Shown in pieces: positions 16,968 through 27,285 of a stretch of 64,000 nt of DNA (position 1 is its first letter; each line of letters starts with the position of its first letter). The notes beneath the pieces were generated by a model. That model made no database searches. It had not been told where the DNA came from and saw nothing but the letters and a program-made list of their open reading frames with translations. Origin of the DNA: a virus. Made by a program: the position numbers and the translations under genes. Location: IMG/VR virus record IMGVR_UViG_3300025828_000014; one strand, written 5' to 3'.

Positions 16968-17734
16968 CGAAAACTCCTTACAGTTAGATTTATTTGATAT
17001 AGTTGACGAACTGTTTCGGCAAAGTCTTCTAGTCGTAGCATGTTAGGTCCATCACTAGGTGCGTTATCTGGATCAGGATGAACTTCTAAGAAAAAGTTAT
17101 CAACGCCCATGCCAGCAGCAGCACGAGCAAGAGCTGGAACATAATCCCTATTCCCACCACTACTGTCACCTTGGCCTCCTGGCTTCTGGACTGAGTGTGT
17201 GACGTCAAATACCACAGGAACAGGAAAATTGTCACGCATATACTGGATGCCAGTAAAATCAGTGACCAAAGTATTATATCCAAAACTAGTTCCTCTCTCT
17301 GTGATCCAAACTTCTCGAGCGCCTTCAGTTTTACTTAGTATGCCTTTGACATCCCAAGGTGCTAGGAATTGTCCTTTTTTAATGTTGACAATACAATTGG
17401 ACTTACATGCTTCTACAATTAAATCAGTTTGTCTACACAAGAAAGCAGGTATCTGTAATACATCTACTACGCCTTTACATCTACTTATTTGTCCTACAGT
17501 GTGAACATCGGTTAATATTTTAAAACCAGCGTCTCTAATCTTTTGAAAGTCAGGCAGTGTGTCATCAATACCTACACCACGCTTACCAGACATACTGGTG
17601 CGATTTGCTTTGTCATAACTTGCTTTGAAATAATATTCAATATCAAACAAATCACATACACGTTTACACTCTGTGGCAATTTCTAAACTTTGTTCTAGTG
17701 ACTCGTGTTGACACGGTCCAGCAATAATTCTCAT
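16964..17734 (-). CDS. kdsA: Kdo-8-phosphate synthase
   Basis: IAGPC, KASYDKANRTS, QIPAFLCRQTDL, KKGQF, ERGTSFGY, DVTHSVQ, SDGP. Confidence 0.96.
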   Translation of the reverse strand: MRIIAGPCQHESLEQSLEIATECKRVCDLFDIEYYFKASYDKANRTSMSGKRGVGIDDTLPDFQKIRDAGFKILTDVHTVGQISRCKGVVDVLQIPAFLCRQTDLIVEACKSNCIVNIKKGQFLAPWDVKGILSKTEGAREVWITERGTSFGYNTLVTDFTGIQYMRDNFPVPVVFDVTHSVQKPGGQGDSSGGNRDYVPALARAAAGMGVDNFFLEVHPDPDNAPSDGPNMLRLEDFAETVRQLYQINLTVRSFR

Positions 17735-17735
17735 G

Positions 17736-18020
17736 TTAGTCTCCATCCTTTATAATATAATAGAGATTTAATGTTTTGTCAAGTTGTTTTCTTAGTGTAG
17801 GATATTCATCTGCTAAAGCAAATAAATGTTTCCATTGATCATAACTTACTATGCCTAGAGCCTCGTTTACTGCTTCTGGATCTCCGCCTATTACCCAACG
17901 CCCGTTGTATGTGGTCTTTTTGGGCTCGTCTCTAAATCTAGCATATACAACACCATTGGCACGTTCGTATATTAAACTTTCGTGTGCTAGATCTTGTTTG
18001 GGCGGACATTCTATTATCAT
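17736..18020 (-). CDS. Phage hypothetical protein
   Basis: 94 aa, LIYERANGVVYAR motif. Confidence 0.75.
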   Translation of the reverse strand: MIIECPPKQDLAHESLIYERANGVVYARFRDEPKKTTYNGRWVIGGDPEAVNEALGIVSYDQWKHLFALADEYPTLRKQLDKTLNLYYIIKDGD

Positions 18021-18808
18021 TTGCGCATACCTGAAAATGTTGTGGTTTTTAATTTTTCGTTGTCATTCTTGATGCTGTCAATAAGATCAAATTCAAGTCC
18101 GTTTTGTTTTAGAGTGTGCGCCAGTGCTGCTACATCTTTGGGCAAGCACATTCCTCCGTAGCCACGCAATCTATTGTTTACATCCAAGTATATGTTTTTG
18201 GTTTTGCCTGTTTGAACATACGCATCTTTGACTTGTGAATAATCACAATCAAACTTTTCACACAATTCGTAAAACACATTGGCAAACACAATACGCAATG
18301 CCGCATAAGAGTTGTTGAAGTATTTTAATATTTCAGCTTCTGTTGGTGCTAGTTGTTTAACTGCTTTGGGTAGGTGTCCGTGTGCTTCTACAATTTTTTT
18401 ATACACATACGGATCATCTGTTCCAATTGCTAATAATTCGTGATTGTTGATAAAGTCATCTGCTGCTGCTCTTTCACGCAAAAACTCTGGAGCACAACAG
18501 ATTGTTAGTGACGGATATTCATCAATCATGCGTTCTGTAAACCCTGGCTCAACTGTGCTGCGAATACACACAACACCACCATAGTTGATTTGTATCAGAT
18601 CTTGTAGCACACTTTCAATTACCGTAGTATCACAAGCACCGTTTGCCTCTGGAGTAGGCAAGCACAAGAACACCACTTCTGTATCTGCTAGGTCTTTTAT
18701 CTCAGTATCAAACTTGATGTCGTGTTCAACAACATCATGCTCTAACAATCTAAAGCCTGTTGCGTTTGCGTTTCCTACAACGCCCATTCCAATAATACCT
18801 AGTTTCAT
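18017..18808 (-). CDS. ugd: UDP-glucose/GDP-mannose dehydrogenase family (short form)
   Basis: GMGVVG, CLPTP, RSTVEPG, PEFLRE, GYGGMCLPKD; lacks the C-terminal domain. Confidence 0.88.
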   Translation of the reverse strand: MKLGIIGMGVVGNANATGFRLLEHDVVEHDIKFDTEIKDLADTEVVFLCLPTPEANGACDTTVIESVLQDLIQINYGGVVCIRSTVEPGFTERMIDEYPSLTICCAPEFLRERAAADDFINNHELLAIGTDDPYVYKKIVEAHGHLPKAVKQLAPTEAEILKYFNNSYAALRIVFANVFYELCEKFDCDYSQVKDAYVQTGKTKNIYLDVNNRLRGYGGMCLPKDVAALAHTLKQNGLEFDLIDSIKNDNEKLKTTTFSGMRK

Positions 18809-19668
18809 AATAAACTTTCCACTGTCTTTTTAAGCCCTACTTCCAAAGGCGTATAATCTGTAAATCCTGTAAGTGTTTGCACTAGTGTTGTGTCAGGACA
18901 TCTACGAGTAGCACTGCCTTTTGGTCCAGGCAATATTTCTAACCTGTCTGGATTAATGCCTATATAACCCATTATCATTTTTGCAACTACCGAAATACTG
19001 ATTTCGTTGTCGTTGCCTACATTCACAGTTTGATTACTTCCTGTTTTAATTAACACGTCTGTCATACGCACAGCATCATCTACATAACAAAAACTTCTTG
19101 TGTCATTGCCGTTGATGTAATACTCGCCTTGCTTACAGCGTTCTACAAATTCATTTACAAAGTGATCAATCTGTCCTGGTCCATACACGTTAAAGTAGCG
19201 TATGATGAGATATTCTAAACCACTGTTTGCTACCAAATTTTCACCTAGAGCTTTCGGAATGCTATAACTCCAACGTGGGTTTGTAATGTCATTATACATC
19301 ACAGGCACTGATTCGTCTGTGGGCACATGATAGTATCCGTTGTCAATTGTGCTGTTGAATATTTCACAAGTGCTGGCAAATATGAACTTAGTTTTTGTGC
19401 TGTGATAGCGTTTTATTAAGTTTATAGTTGGCAGTGTGTTGTTGATACAAACATCTGTTGGATGTTGATAGAATAATTTAGTGCCGTTGGTTGCTGCTAG
19501 ATGAACAACTACATCAGTGTCAGGCAATTGGTTAGCCACGTCAGAACATTTTAAATCACTTTCAAAACCATCTTTTTGATCGTAACCAATTACATCATAT
19601 GTATCCTTTACATAGTTGTAATAATGACTGCCTATGAATCCTTTATGTCCGGTGACTAATATTTTCAT
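18805..19668 (-). CDS. NAD-dependent nucleotide-sugar epimerase/dehydratase
   Basis: VTGHKGFIG, HLAA, YSIPK (YxxxK), RYFNVYGP. Confidence 0.92.
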   Translation of the reverse strand: MKILVTGHKGFIGSHYYNYVKDTYDVIGYDQKDGFESDLKCSDVANQLPDTDVVVHLAATNGTKLFYQHPTDVCINNTLPTINLIKRYHSTKTKFIFASTCEIFNSTIDNGYYHVPTDESVPVMYNDITNPRWSYSIPKALGENLVANSGLEYLIIRYFNVYGPGQIDHFVNEFVERCKQGEYYINGNDTRSFCYVDDAVRMTDVLIKTGSNQTVNVGNDNEISISVVAKMIMGYIGINPDRLEILPGPKGSATRRCPDTTLVQTLTGFTDYTPLEVGLKKTVESLL

Positions 19669-20351
19669 ACCCAATTTGCCTCTTCTAATGTTTGACTAAT
19701 AGTATAATGATCTTTTGCATTTTTGAATGTATGGTGGATGTCAATATTTCCATTCATATGCTGTATCATATAATTAGCAAATTCTCTGTTTTGAGTATCA
19801 CTCATATGGCAACATCTAAAGTCATTGTGTTCTGATAATTTTAGATGATTCCAATCAAGTCTACTAATGTTTATCATTCCTACATCACTACGATTAGGAA
19901 AAGGAAATGCATATACTATATGCGCATCAGGCCGACGATATAATATACTATCTATATAAGCGTTATGATATACAATATTACTATCATAATTTTTTATTTT
20001 GTTAATTTCGTTTTCTATAAAAGGCCAGATTTTTTTATTGTATTTTTTAAAACTTTTTAATTCTGTTCTGTCCATTTTATCTATATTTGAAAATTTTATA
20101 TCTTCTATATCTGCATCTTGGTAAAAAGCTATATGCACAGATTTATTATTTTCTAAAGTAAAAATACTGCCTCTGTGAAAACTACTAACAATAAAAATAA
20201 TTTTGTCAAACTGTTTGTGTGTTTCTAAAAATTTATAATAGGAATAATCAATACTACTGCCGCCTTTATTAAAACAACGAAAATCACTGTTTATATAATC
20301 AACCCACGAATCACCTGGCTCTGCATAACTATCTCCGTATATTCCTATCAT
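19665..20351 (-). CDS. SGNH/GDSL-like hypothetical protein
   Basis: IGIYGDSY at N-terminus, His near C-terminus; AT-rich. Confidence 0.6.
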   Translation of the reverse strand: MIGIYGDSYAEPGDSWVDYINSDFRCFNKGGSSIDYSYYKFLETHKQFDKIIFIVSSFHRGSIFTLENNKSVHIAFYQDADIEDIKFSNIDKMDRTELKSFKKYNKKIWPFIENEINKIKNYDSNIVYHNAYIDSILYRRPDAHIVYAFPFPNRSDVGMINISRLDWNHLKLSEHNDFRCCHMSDTQNREFANYMIQHMNGNIDIHHTFKNAKDHYTISQTLEEANWV

Positions 20352-21124
20352 TCAATTAACCTTTCAAAATACCCTGACACTAAATTTTTTTTAGTTGGAC
20401 CTTTTTCGTGTGTTAAAAATTCATTCATTGGACAATGATTTAAAGGAGTATGTGTGTCTACATCATACATTGTAAATGATAAATCATTTACATTTTTAAA
20501 TTTTTTTGCTGCATACATGCATACTTGTCCGTCATACCATCTTTCAATTTCTTTTGGTTTTTGTTCATATGATACCTTATATTGTTTAACAAACTCTTTG
20601 TAATCTACATGATTCTGGTTTACTACAACAAACCCAGATTCTGCACTTATACCTAAATTTAAATAATCGTGACTAAACAATCCTATTAGATGTTTTTTTG
20701 AACAAGCATAATTTAAAAAACTAGTATCAATTTTTTGTTTAAAAAATATATCAGCATCTACCCAGATAATATAATCGCCTTTTATATTTTCTAATGCATG
20801 TAAAAAAGCAAAACCTTTTTTTGCAAATTTGACTTCTTTTTTATTTTCTGTTTTGTTGCAAAAATCTTTCCAATTTTTTAAGCATACATGATTCCAGTCA
20901 TATACTTTTAGTTTGTCTGTTTTTGTAAACTTTGAGTTTATTTTTTCAGCATATAAATGTAACACAAAATTGTCAGGTGTATTTTTTAAAAAACTGTCAA
21001 TCATAAAACAACCAAACCTATCAAAATAGTATTGGTCCATAGTAGACACAAATTCACATTTGAGTCTTGGATTATTACCTTTTAGTTCAATTGGTAAACT
21101 TCGTTTTTTAAATTTCTGAACCAA
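20348..21124 (-). CDS. GT-A fold glycosyltransferase
   Basis: IIWVDAD, ESGF, WYDG, C-terminal HEKG; paralog of 25550-26374. Confidence 0.78.
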   Translation of the reverse strand: MVQKFKKRSLPIELKGNNPRLKCEFVSTMDQYYFDRFGCFMIDSFLKNTPDNFVLHLYAEKINSKFTKTDKLKVYDWNHVCLKNWKDFCNKTENKKEVKFAKKGFAFLHALENIKGDYIIWVDADIFFKQKIDTSFLNYACSKKHLIGLFSHDYLNLGISAESGFVVVNQNHVDYKEFVKQYKVSYEQKPKEIERWYDGQVCMYAAKKFKNVNDLSFTMYDVDTHTPLNHCPMNEFLTHEKGPTKKNLVSGYFERLIE

Positions 21125-21452
21125 CTGTTCGTCTCACAATATCATTGTGATTAAATTCTGCCCAGTATAATTCAAAAGCTACACCGTCTTCTAGTCCTTC
21201 AAACTGATGAATAACACCCGGCTTTACCTGTGTAAAATCGCCTGGACCTAAAATAGTTTCATCAATTAAATTATAATCTTTTTGCCATACACGAACAAGC
21301 ATTTTGCCGGACTCTACAAAAAATCCATTCCATTTAAATCTATGTTCATGCTCACTACACTTGTAGCCGCCTTTGAACTCAATTCGGTGAAACTCTAACA
21401 CACCGTTGGCGTGAATAAGTTCAGTTTGTCCCCAAACTTTACCTGCAATCAT
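21108..21452 (-). CDS. Cupin protein (sugar isomerase-like)
   Basis: KVWG, CSEHEH, PGVIHQF; AAGGAG SD before ATG 21452. Confidence 0.8.
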   Translation of the reverse strand: MIAGKVWGQTELIHANGVLEFHRIEFKGGYKCSEHEHRFKWNGFFVESGKMLVRVWQKDYNLIDETILGPGDFTQVKPGVIHQFEGLEDGVAFELYWAEFNHNDIVRRTVGSEI

Positions 21453-21462
21453 TTTACTCTCC

Positions 21463-21969
21463 TTATAATAGTAGACCAAAGTCTATAATTTCACTTTGCC
21501 TATTGATATCTTTTACAAAATACACACAGTCTGGATTCTTACTATCTGTAATTGGAACACATAACAAATGTCCATTACGCATCTTAGGAAAATACCATTT
21601 TACGTCATTGTAAAAGTTTGTTATTTCAATTTTAGCAAATCTTGGATGTGTTCCAGTTAAAGGATTAAATAAAAATGCTTCAAATCCTCTTTCGTTTAAA
21701 CTAGTTAAAGGCAAAACTTCTAAGTCACTACCTGATTCGCTACAACCTACAGCAACACACCAATCTAATGGCATTGTGATTTCATTTCCTGCTATATTCA
21801 AAACTACAGCAGGTGCATTAAATGATTCTAAAAAAATCAAAGGATTAAAAAAGAAATCAGGATCTTCAGGATTACTATTATCCAATACCGAAAATCTTAA
21901 ATCATCTTCAATCACTTCTGGTAATGAATTTAATGAAAAACTATGGTTTTCAAGTGTTAATATTCTCAT
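21463..21969 (-). CDS. Phage hypothetical protein downstream of UvsW
   Basis: 168 aa, tight operon spacing. Confidence 0.75.
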   Translation of the reverse strand: MRILTLENHSFSLNSLPEVIEDDLRFSVLDNSNPEDPDFFFNPLIFLESFNAPAVVLNIAGNEITMPLDWCVAVGCSESGSDLEVLPLTSLNERGFEAFLFNPLTGTHPRFAKIEITNFYNDVKWYFPKMRNGHLLCVPITDSKNPDCVYFVKDINRQSEIIDFGLLL

Positions 21970-23433
21970 TTATTTCCAATCCACTTTCTCAATTGTGAAT
22001 GGGTATTCTGCTTCCTTATAAAACTTTTTACGTTGGGTAAGGTGCCGCTTCGCAAACTTACAAGTGCTTGTAAGATCCCATATTTGCACGAAGTCTTTGT
22101 CCTTTGCCTTTCTAACGCCTCTACCTATACTTTGAATAACTCTAACAAAACTTTTTCCGGGCTCAATAAGAACAAGGTTAAAAATGCGAGGAATATTAAT
22201 ACCAACAGCAGCGACACCATAAGTGGCAATAACCACGTGATTAGTTCCTTCGTTGATTTCGTCATACGCATCTTTTCTATCCTTTAGTTTTACGTCTCCT
22301 TTTACAAAGACTGATCCTGGAATAAGTTCTTGTAGCATTTCGCCTGCACTAATTCTATCTACAAGTATTAGAGTGTTGCCTGATTCTTTTACTGTGTTTA
22401 ATAATTTGCCTAAGTAATTTATTCTGTCTTGATTTGTAACTAGATATTTTAATTCTTCTTGATAGCCTCTATGTGCCACTGTATCAATAAGTTGCACAAT
22501 GTTTACGTGACACTGTGATAGCACACCTTTGTCTTGTAATTCTTTTGCTGTAATCTCACCAATAACTGGACCTAAACTTGCATGTATTGATTCAAACTCA
22601 AACTTCTCTTTAGGAATAGTTCCTGTTAGTCCCCAACGTATTGGAGCATTTTTTAAGTTGCGTGTAAGCAAGTTTTTCAACACTTCTGCTTTTGCTTGGT
22701 GAACTTCGTCTACAATAATTGTGCTCACACCATCTAAGAACTCTGCTAGTGATAATACTGCTGATCCGTCCTTGTGCTTCTTGTCCAGTATGTTTAATGA
22801 CTGCCAAGTGCAGATGGTGTGAGTCTTACCTAACTCTTTTCTGTCTCCAAAATAAACGCCAACATCAAGTCCGCAATTTATATAGTCTTCTTCTGTTTGT
22901 GTTACAAGTGACTTGTTAGGCACAATAACTAAACTGCGTCCATACTTTTCACTCATATGTGATAGTGTAGCAGTTGTAATAGTTTTACCTGCGCCAGTTG
23001 CAATCTGTTGCAAGCTCTGGGGATTGTTTGCAAAGTTGTTGATTGCTTCTACTTGATAGTCACGCAGAATGATTTCTTCACCTTCTGCAGGATGCCCTTT
23101 GGGCCAACGCACACCTTGATCAGCCCAGTAACGTTCTGTAACTTGTGGAAAATTTAATTTTATTGGATGTCGTCGGTCTTCAATGTCAACAATTTGGACA
23201 CGATTTTTTTCCAATACAGAAGTAATAACATCAAGATGATTAACGTAGCCTGTGCCGCCAATACCAAAGAAAGCAACTTTACCGTCCCATCGTCCCAATT
23301 TATACTGGGGCATGTATCGAGCATAAGGCACTTCAAATTTAAGAGCATTGGAGAGCTTTCGTCTGACATCTACGTCTAGTCCTTCTAGTTTAATATTAAC
23401 TTCGTCTTCTATAATTAATTTGCAACTAGCCAC
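21970..23433 (-). CDS. uvsW: SF2 DNA helicase (UvsW-like)
   Basis: LRDYQ, ATGAGKT, VDEVH, GLTGT, QSIGRGVR. Confidence 0.92.
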   Translation of the reverse strand: MASCKLIIEDEVNIKLEGLDVDVRRKLSNALKFEVPYARYMPQYKLGRWDGKVAFFGIGGTGYVNHLDVITSVLEKNRVQIVDIEDRRHPIKLNFPQVTERYWADQGVRWPKGHPAEGEEIILRDYQVEAINNFANNPQSLQQIATGAGKTITTATLSHMSEKYGRSLVIVPNKSLVTQTEEDYINCGLDVGVYFGDRKELGKTHTICTWQSLNILDKKHKDGSAVLSLAEFLDGVSTIIVDEVHQAKAEVLKNLLTRNLKNAPIRWGLTGTIPKEKFEFESIHASLGPVIGEITAKELQDKGVLSQCHVNIVQLIDTVAHRGYQEELKYLVTNQDRINYLGKLLNTVKESGNTLILVDRISAGEMLQELIPGSVFVKGDVKLKDRKDAYDEINEGTNHVVIATYGVAAVGINIPRIFNLVLIEPGKSFVRVIQSIGRGVRKAKDKDFVQIWDLTSTCKFAKRHLTQRKKFYKEAEYPFTIEKVDWK

Positions 23434-24641
23434 TAGCTAAATACTCCTGCATAAGTTGGAAAATAGCTAGGACTATCATCATGATATATATGTAAATCAC
23501 AAACATCATTAACGTATATTCCTAACTGAGTCATCATTCTTGTGCTTGATAATGACAATACACATTGTGGCTTCCAGTCTACAGTAAGTAATAGTTTTGG
23601 AAGTTTAGACTTACTTATATATACAATTTTTGTTGATTTGTCAACCCAATTGTTAAGTTTTTTCTTGTGAATATATTCGTTAAAATTTTTATCTTTTTCT
23701 CTTGTGTTTTCTTTTCTATATAATACTGATTGATTTTTGTTTTCTACTATATTTCTAAATGCAGTATGTAATGTAACCAGTTGATCATATTCTTCTTCTT
23801 TGTCTAATAAACAAAGAATAGGAAATCTTTCTAACACCAGTAAACTTTCTACAATACTGTCAATTGTGTGGTTTTTAGGATCTATACAAATTGCTGTCTT
23901 ACTACGATGCGCAATATAGTTAGCAAGTGTTGCATCTTTATCGCATGTTATATAATTTAATCCATACTGTCTTTTTCTGTCTAACAGATGTAATCTTTCT
24001 TTTTTGTCAATAAAGTTTATACCTTTTTTTGGAATATTTTTTAGTTGATTATTCCATAGTCCTGCAATGTGTTTGCCAGGTTCTTGTTTTATTTCTAAAA
24101 TTTGTTTGTAATATTCTATTAGTTTTTTATCTATTTCAAAATCTTTTTTGACAAATATTTCACACACATCAAATACTGTAGATTCATTTAATTTAAAATA
24201 GTGTTCATGTGAACCTTTTTCATGCCAATATTGTTTACGGTTTTTGGTTGCTACAGCATCAATTTTTAAAATATCTTTTTTGCTAAAAGGAAATCTAATT
24301 TTGATCCATTCTCCTTGTGAATCTGGTTTGGGAGAACCTTCAATAATTTTTACATATTTGCTACGGTCAATTTTACGTAGTGGCATACGTAAACTAGAAA
24401 TTGCTGGTTGAAAATTGTTATATCCGTTACCAACAAACTGTGATTCATACATAGATAGTTTGGTTTGCATCAATGAAAATTGTCTGTCTGTTAATGCTTT
24501 ACCTTTAAAAACTTGTCGGGCAATACTGTTTATAATAGTTTTATCATCACTGTCTATATTAAATTTGCATAGAGCATGAGTCCGCACTAAGCCAGTAATT
24601 ATTTCTAAACAATCTTCGATAGTTTCTAATTTTGTATTCAT
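23433..24641 (-). CDS. Phage hypothetical protein upstream of UvsW
   Basis: 402 aa ORF with its own sigma70 promoter. Confidence 0.8.
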   Translation of the reverse strand: MNTKLETIEDCLEIITGLVRTHALCKFNIDSDDKTIINSIARQVFKGKALTDRQFSLMQTKLSMYESQFVGNGYNNFQPAISSLRMPLRKIDRSKYVKIIEGSPKPDSQGEWIKIRFPFSKKDILKIDAVATKNRKQYWHEKGSHEHYFKLNESTVFDVCEIFVKKDFEIDKKLIEYYKQILEIKQEPGKHIAGLWNNQLKNIPKKGINFIDKKERLHLLDRKRQYGLNYITCDKDATLANYIAHRSKTAICIDPKNHTIDSIVESLLVLERFPILCLLDKEEEYDQLVTLHTAFRNIVENKNQSVLYRKENTREKDKNFNEYIHKKKLNNWVDKSTKIVYISKSKLPKLLLTVDWKPQCVLSLSSTRMMTQLGIYVNDVCDLHIYHDDSPSYFPTYAGVFS

Positions 24642-24646
24642 AATAT

Positions 24647-24675
24647 ACTATAACACTTTATAAACATTTAGTCAA
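24647..24675 (-). promoter_or_regulatory. sigma70-type promoter (leaderless geometry)
   Basis: TTGACT-17-TATAGT, then 5 nt to ATG. Confidence 0.75.
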
Positions 24676-25515
24676 TCTTTTCAATGGCATACCAGCAGCT
24701 ATTTCATCTACTGTGTATTCTGTCCAAGCATAATCATTTAACCATTGTGTTCTATCAGGCATCAAAGGATTTTCAATATCATGTAAAAAATCTATATCAT
24801 TGCCTACATCATAAGCAAGAGAAGAAGGACTAACAAAAGCAGGAACGCCTTGGATGATACTATGACACCCAGGATTGCTACTGTAACTAACAGTAGCAAA
24901 TATATTACTAAACCCCATATCAAAATCATCATAAGTGCCTGCAATATGTCTTGGCTCCTGTCTTTCAACATAACGCAATCCACGTTCTATGTGTTCTAGC
25001 CTACAACGTGGATGTGGTCTAAACAAAATAGGACGGTCAGTATACTTGCGTATTTCGTCATATGTATTTAAGAACCAATTGCTCATGCGTGGCATGCCTT
25101 GCCATTGTAGACTTTTATCATGCTGTCCGCATATAAGAATATATTCGCCATTTCTACGCCAAGGCTGTAATTCAAGTCCTAACGCTTTTGCTCTCGACTC
25201 ATCATTTCCTCTATCACCGAAGTAGGCATCACGGTTGATTCCATTGATTCCAACCTTCCACGTTTTGCCTCTTTTGATTCCTCCGACTTCAAGGACGATA
25301 ATCGGTCTGTTATGGGAAACACAATAGGACCAAACACTTTGGTTCCTAGCCATTCTGCCATGAAAAAGAACGCTCCAAATAACATGAACATCGGCATGCC
25401 CAAGATTATCACTGTTGCTAATACTCCAGCCATTGCGAACAATAGAATCGCCAAAAGCCCGAAAAATATCTTTGGAATTAAGTGCACCGTATTCTGTCCA
25501 TAATCTAAATTTCAT
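24658..25515 (-). CDS. KpsS/capsule-synthesis-like glycosyltransferase
   Basis: ILICGQ...D.S, FRPHP, VSYSSN...IIQGVP pattern. Confidence 0.65.
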   Translation of the reverse strand: MKFRLWTEYGALNSKDIFRAFGDSIVRNGWSISNSDNLGHADVHVIWSVLFHGRMARNQSVWSYCVSHNRPIIVLEVGGIKRGKTWKVGINGINRDAYFGDRGNDESRAKALGLELQPWRRNGEYILICGQHDKSLQWQGMPRMSNWFLNTYDEIRKYTDRPILFRPHPRCRLEHIERGLRYVERQEPRHIAGTYDDFDMGFSNIFATVSYSSNPGCHSIIQGVPAFVSPSSLAYDVGNDIDFLHDIENPLMPDRTQWLNDYAWTEYTVDEIAAGMPLKRLTKCL

Positions 25516-25549
25516 AGTTAAATAGTAGCATATTTATCAAGGATTGTCA

Positions 25550-26374
25550 ATGTCAATTACAGTGGTTTCAACATTTCATCAACCAGTTTATGAATTATAC
25601 GGAAAAAGATTTTTAGAAAGTTTTAGTCAAAACATTGACAAAGATATAAATCTAATCCTATACGCAGAAGATTGCGATCCTAAAATCAAAGACTCTCGTA
25701 TACAAATATTAGATCAAAAACAAAGTTTGCCAAAACTAGTTGCCTTTAAAGAACGTTGGAAAAATGAACCTAAAGCAAACGGAAAATGTCCGCCTGAAAT
25801 AAAAGCACGTAGACCTAAAGACTGGCACAAAGAATTTAAATGGGATGCAATACGTTTTGCAAATAAGGTATATGCTGTTTTTGATGCTGCTGAACGTTGT
25901 AACACAAATTGGATTGTGTGGATGGATGCTGATACTTTTGTGCATAGTCCATTTCCTTACAAAGCATTTAAAAATTTGTTACCAGACAGAGCATGGTTAG
26001 CTTATATGGGCAGAGGTAAAAAATGGCCAGAGTGCGGGTTTTATGGAATAAACTTGCGTAATGAAATTGGTCTTGAATTTTTACAAGAATTCGAACACGT
26101 ATATGAACATGCTGAATATGGTATTTTCCGTATGGAAGAATGGCACGATAGTTATGTGTTTGACGAAGTTTTAAAGAAAATAAAAAGAAAACACCCAAAC
26201 GGCATCATCAATAATATCAGTGGTAATCTAGTTAATGGTGAAGGTCATCCTATTATTAACAGTGAACTAGGTGCATATCTTGATCATCTTAAGGGCGATA
26301 GAAAACAAATTGGTAAAAGCAACAAGCCTAGAGATTTAATAGTAAACCGTCAAGAAAGTTATTGGACAAACTGA
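25550..26374 (+). CDS. GT-A fold glycosyltransferase
   Basis: WDAIRFANKVYA, IVWMDAD, ECGF, EWHDSYVF, DHLKG. Confidence 0.8.
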   Translation: MSITVVSTFHQPVYELYGKRFLESFSQNIDKDINLILYAEDCDPKIKDSRIQILDQKQSLPKLVAFKERWKNEPKANGKCPPEIKARRPKDWHKEFKWDAIRFANKVYAVFDAAERCNTNWIVWMDADTFVHSPFPYKAFKNLLPDRAWLAYMGRGKKWPECGFYGINLRNEIGLEFLQEFEHVYEHAEYGIFRMEEWHDSYVFDEVLKKIKRKHPNGIINNISGNLVNGEGHPIINSELGAYLDHLKGDRKQIGKSNKPRDLIVNRQESYWTN

Positions 26375-27285
26375 CGCATATGACGCCAACAACTACCGTC
26401 TTCTAATTCCCGTAAACTCCAATGAAACATACTAATCCGTTCTAGCCAACGTTCTCTATCAAATTCTTTAGGTGACTCTAAGTTTTCAAATCCGTGATGT
26501 GCAACTTCTGCGCATTGACTTTTACTTGGATCAGTGATAAACGCTGGATACCCTTTTATAATTGGTCCTACAATACTGCTGCTATTATGATTAACTACGG
26601 CATAGCATTGCACTAGATCAGCTTCTAATGGAGTGCCTTGTCTGCTGATACTTACATTTGGCATTTTTGCAATTGGAGAGTTATGAGGGTGTAAATAAAC
26701 TCCAGCTTTCTTATCACCTGGATGTGCTCTTACAATAATATGTCTTGGACTGTGTTTCCTTATTTCTTTTACAACATTTTGAATCCAAGACACAACATCA
26801 TATCCTCCCATGCTCCATCCTTTATTACGCTGACAACACAATACAATATGTCTACCTCTTTTAGGATCTTCTAATCTAATTCCTAAATCATTTTGTATTT
26901 GTTGCCAACGTTTTGGATCAGGGTTAGTATCGCAATAATTTCCTGTGTTTGGAAATACGCCATCAAAGCTATATCTCAAATAACAATGTGGTTGATTTGT
27001 TTTTGTATGATATAAAAACAAATTGCTGTCTGCTGTAATGACATGTTTGTTTTGTGTTCTGTCAATTACACTTTGACGTAATTTTAAATGTGGTGCATTT
27101 TTTCCTACTTCGTGCTGCCAGCCTTGTATAACTCCAACATCACAATCGATTAAATTATTACTTTTGTGTAAGATGCCTATATCACCAGCTGAATTTACGC
27201 CATTTACAAACTTTTCTAAAAGTAAATATTTTTCTTTGTTGTTGTTTATTGTAGGAACAACATTGTAATAACTAACGACTTTCAT
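26359..27285 (-). CDS. KpsS/capsule-synthesis-like glycosyltransferase
   Basis: IVLCCQ, IVRAHPGD, VVNHNSS...IIKGYP, HWSLREL; paralog of 24658-25515. Confidence 0.65.
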   Translation of the reverse strand: MKVVSYYNVVPTINNNKEKYLLLEKFVNGVNSAGDIGILHKSNNLIDCDVGVIQGWQHEVGKNAPHLKLRQSVIDRTQNKHVITADSNLFLYHTKTNQPHCYLRYSFDGVFPNTGNYCDTNPDPKRWQQIQNDLGIRLEDPKRGRHIVLCCQRNKGWSMGGYDVVSWIQNVVKEIRKHSPRHIIVRAHPGDKKAGVYLHPHNSPIAKMPNVSISRQGTPLEADLVQCYAVVNHNSSSIVGPIIKGYPAFITDPSKSQCAEVAHHGFENLESPKEFDRERWLERISMFHWSLRELEDGSCWRHMRQFVQ

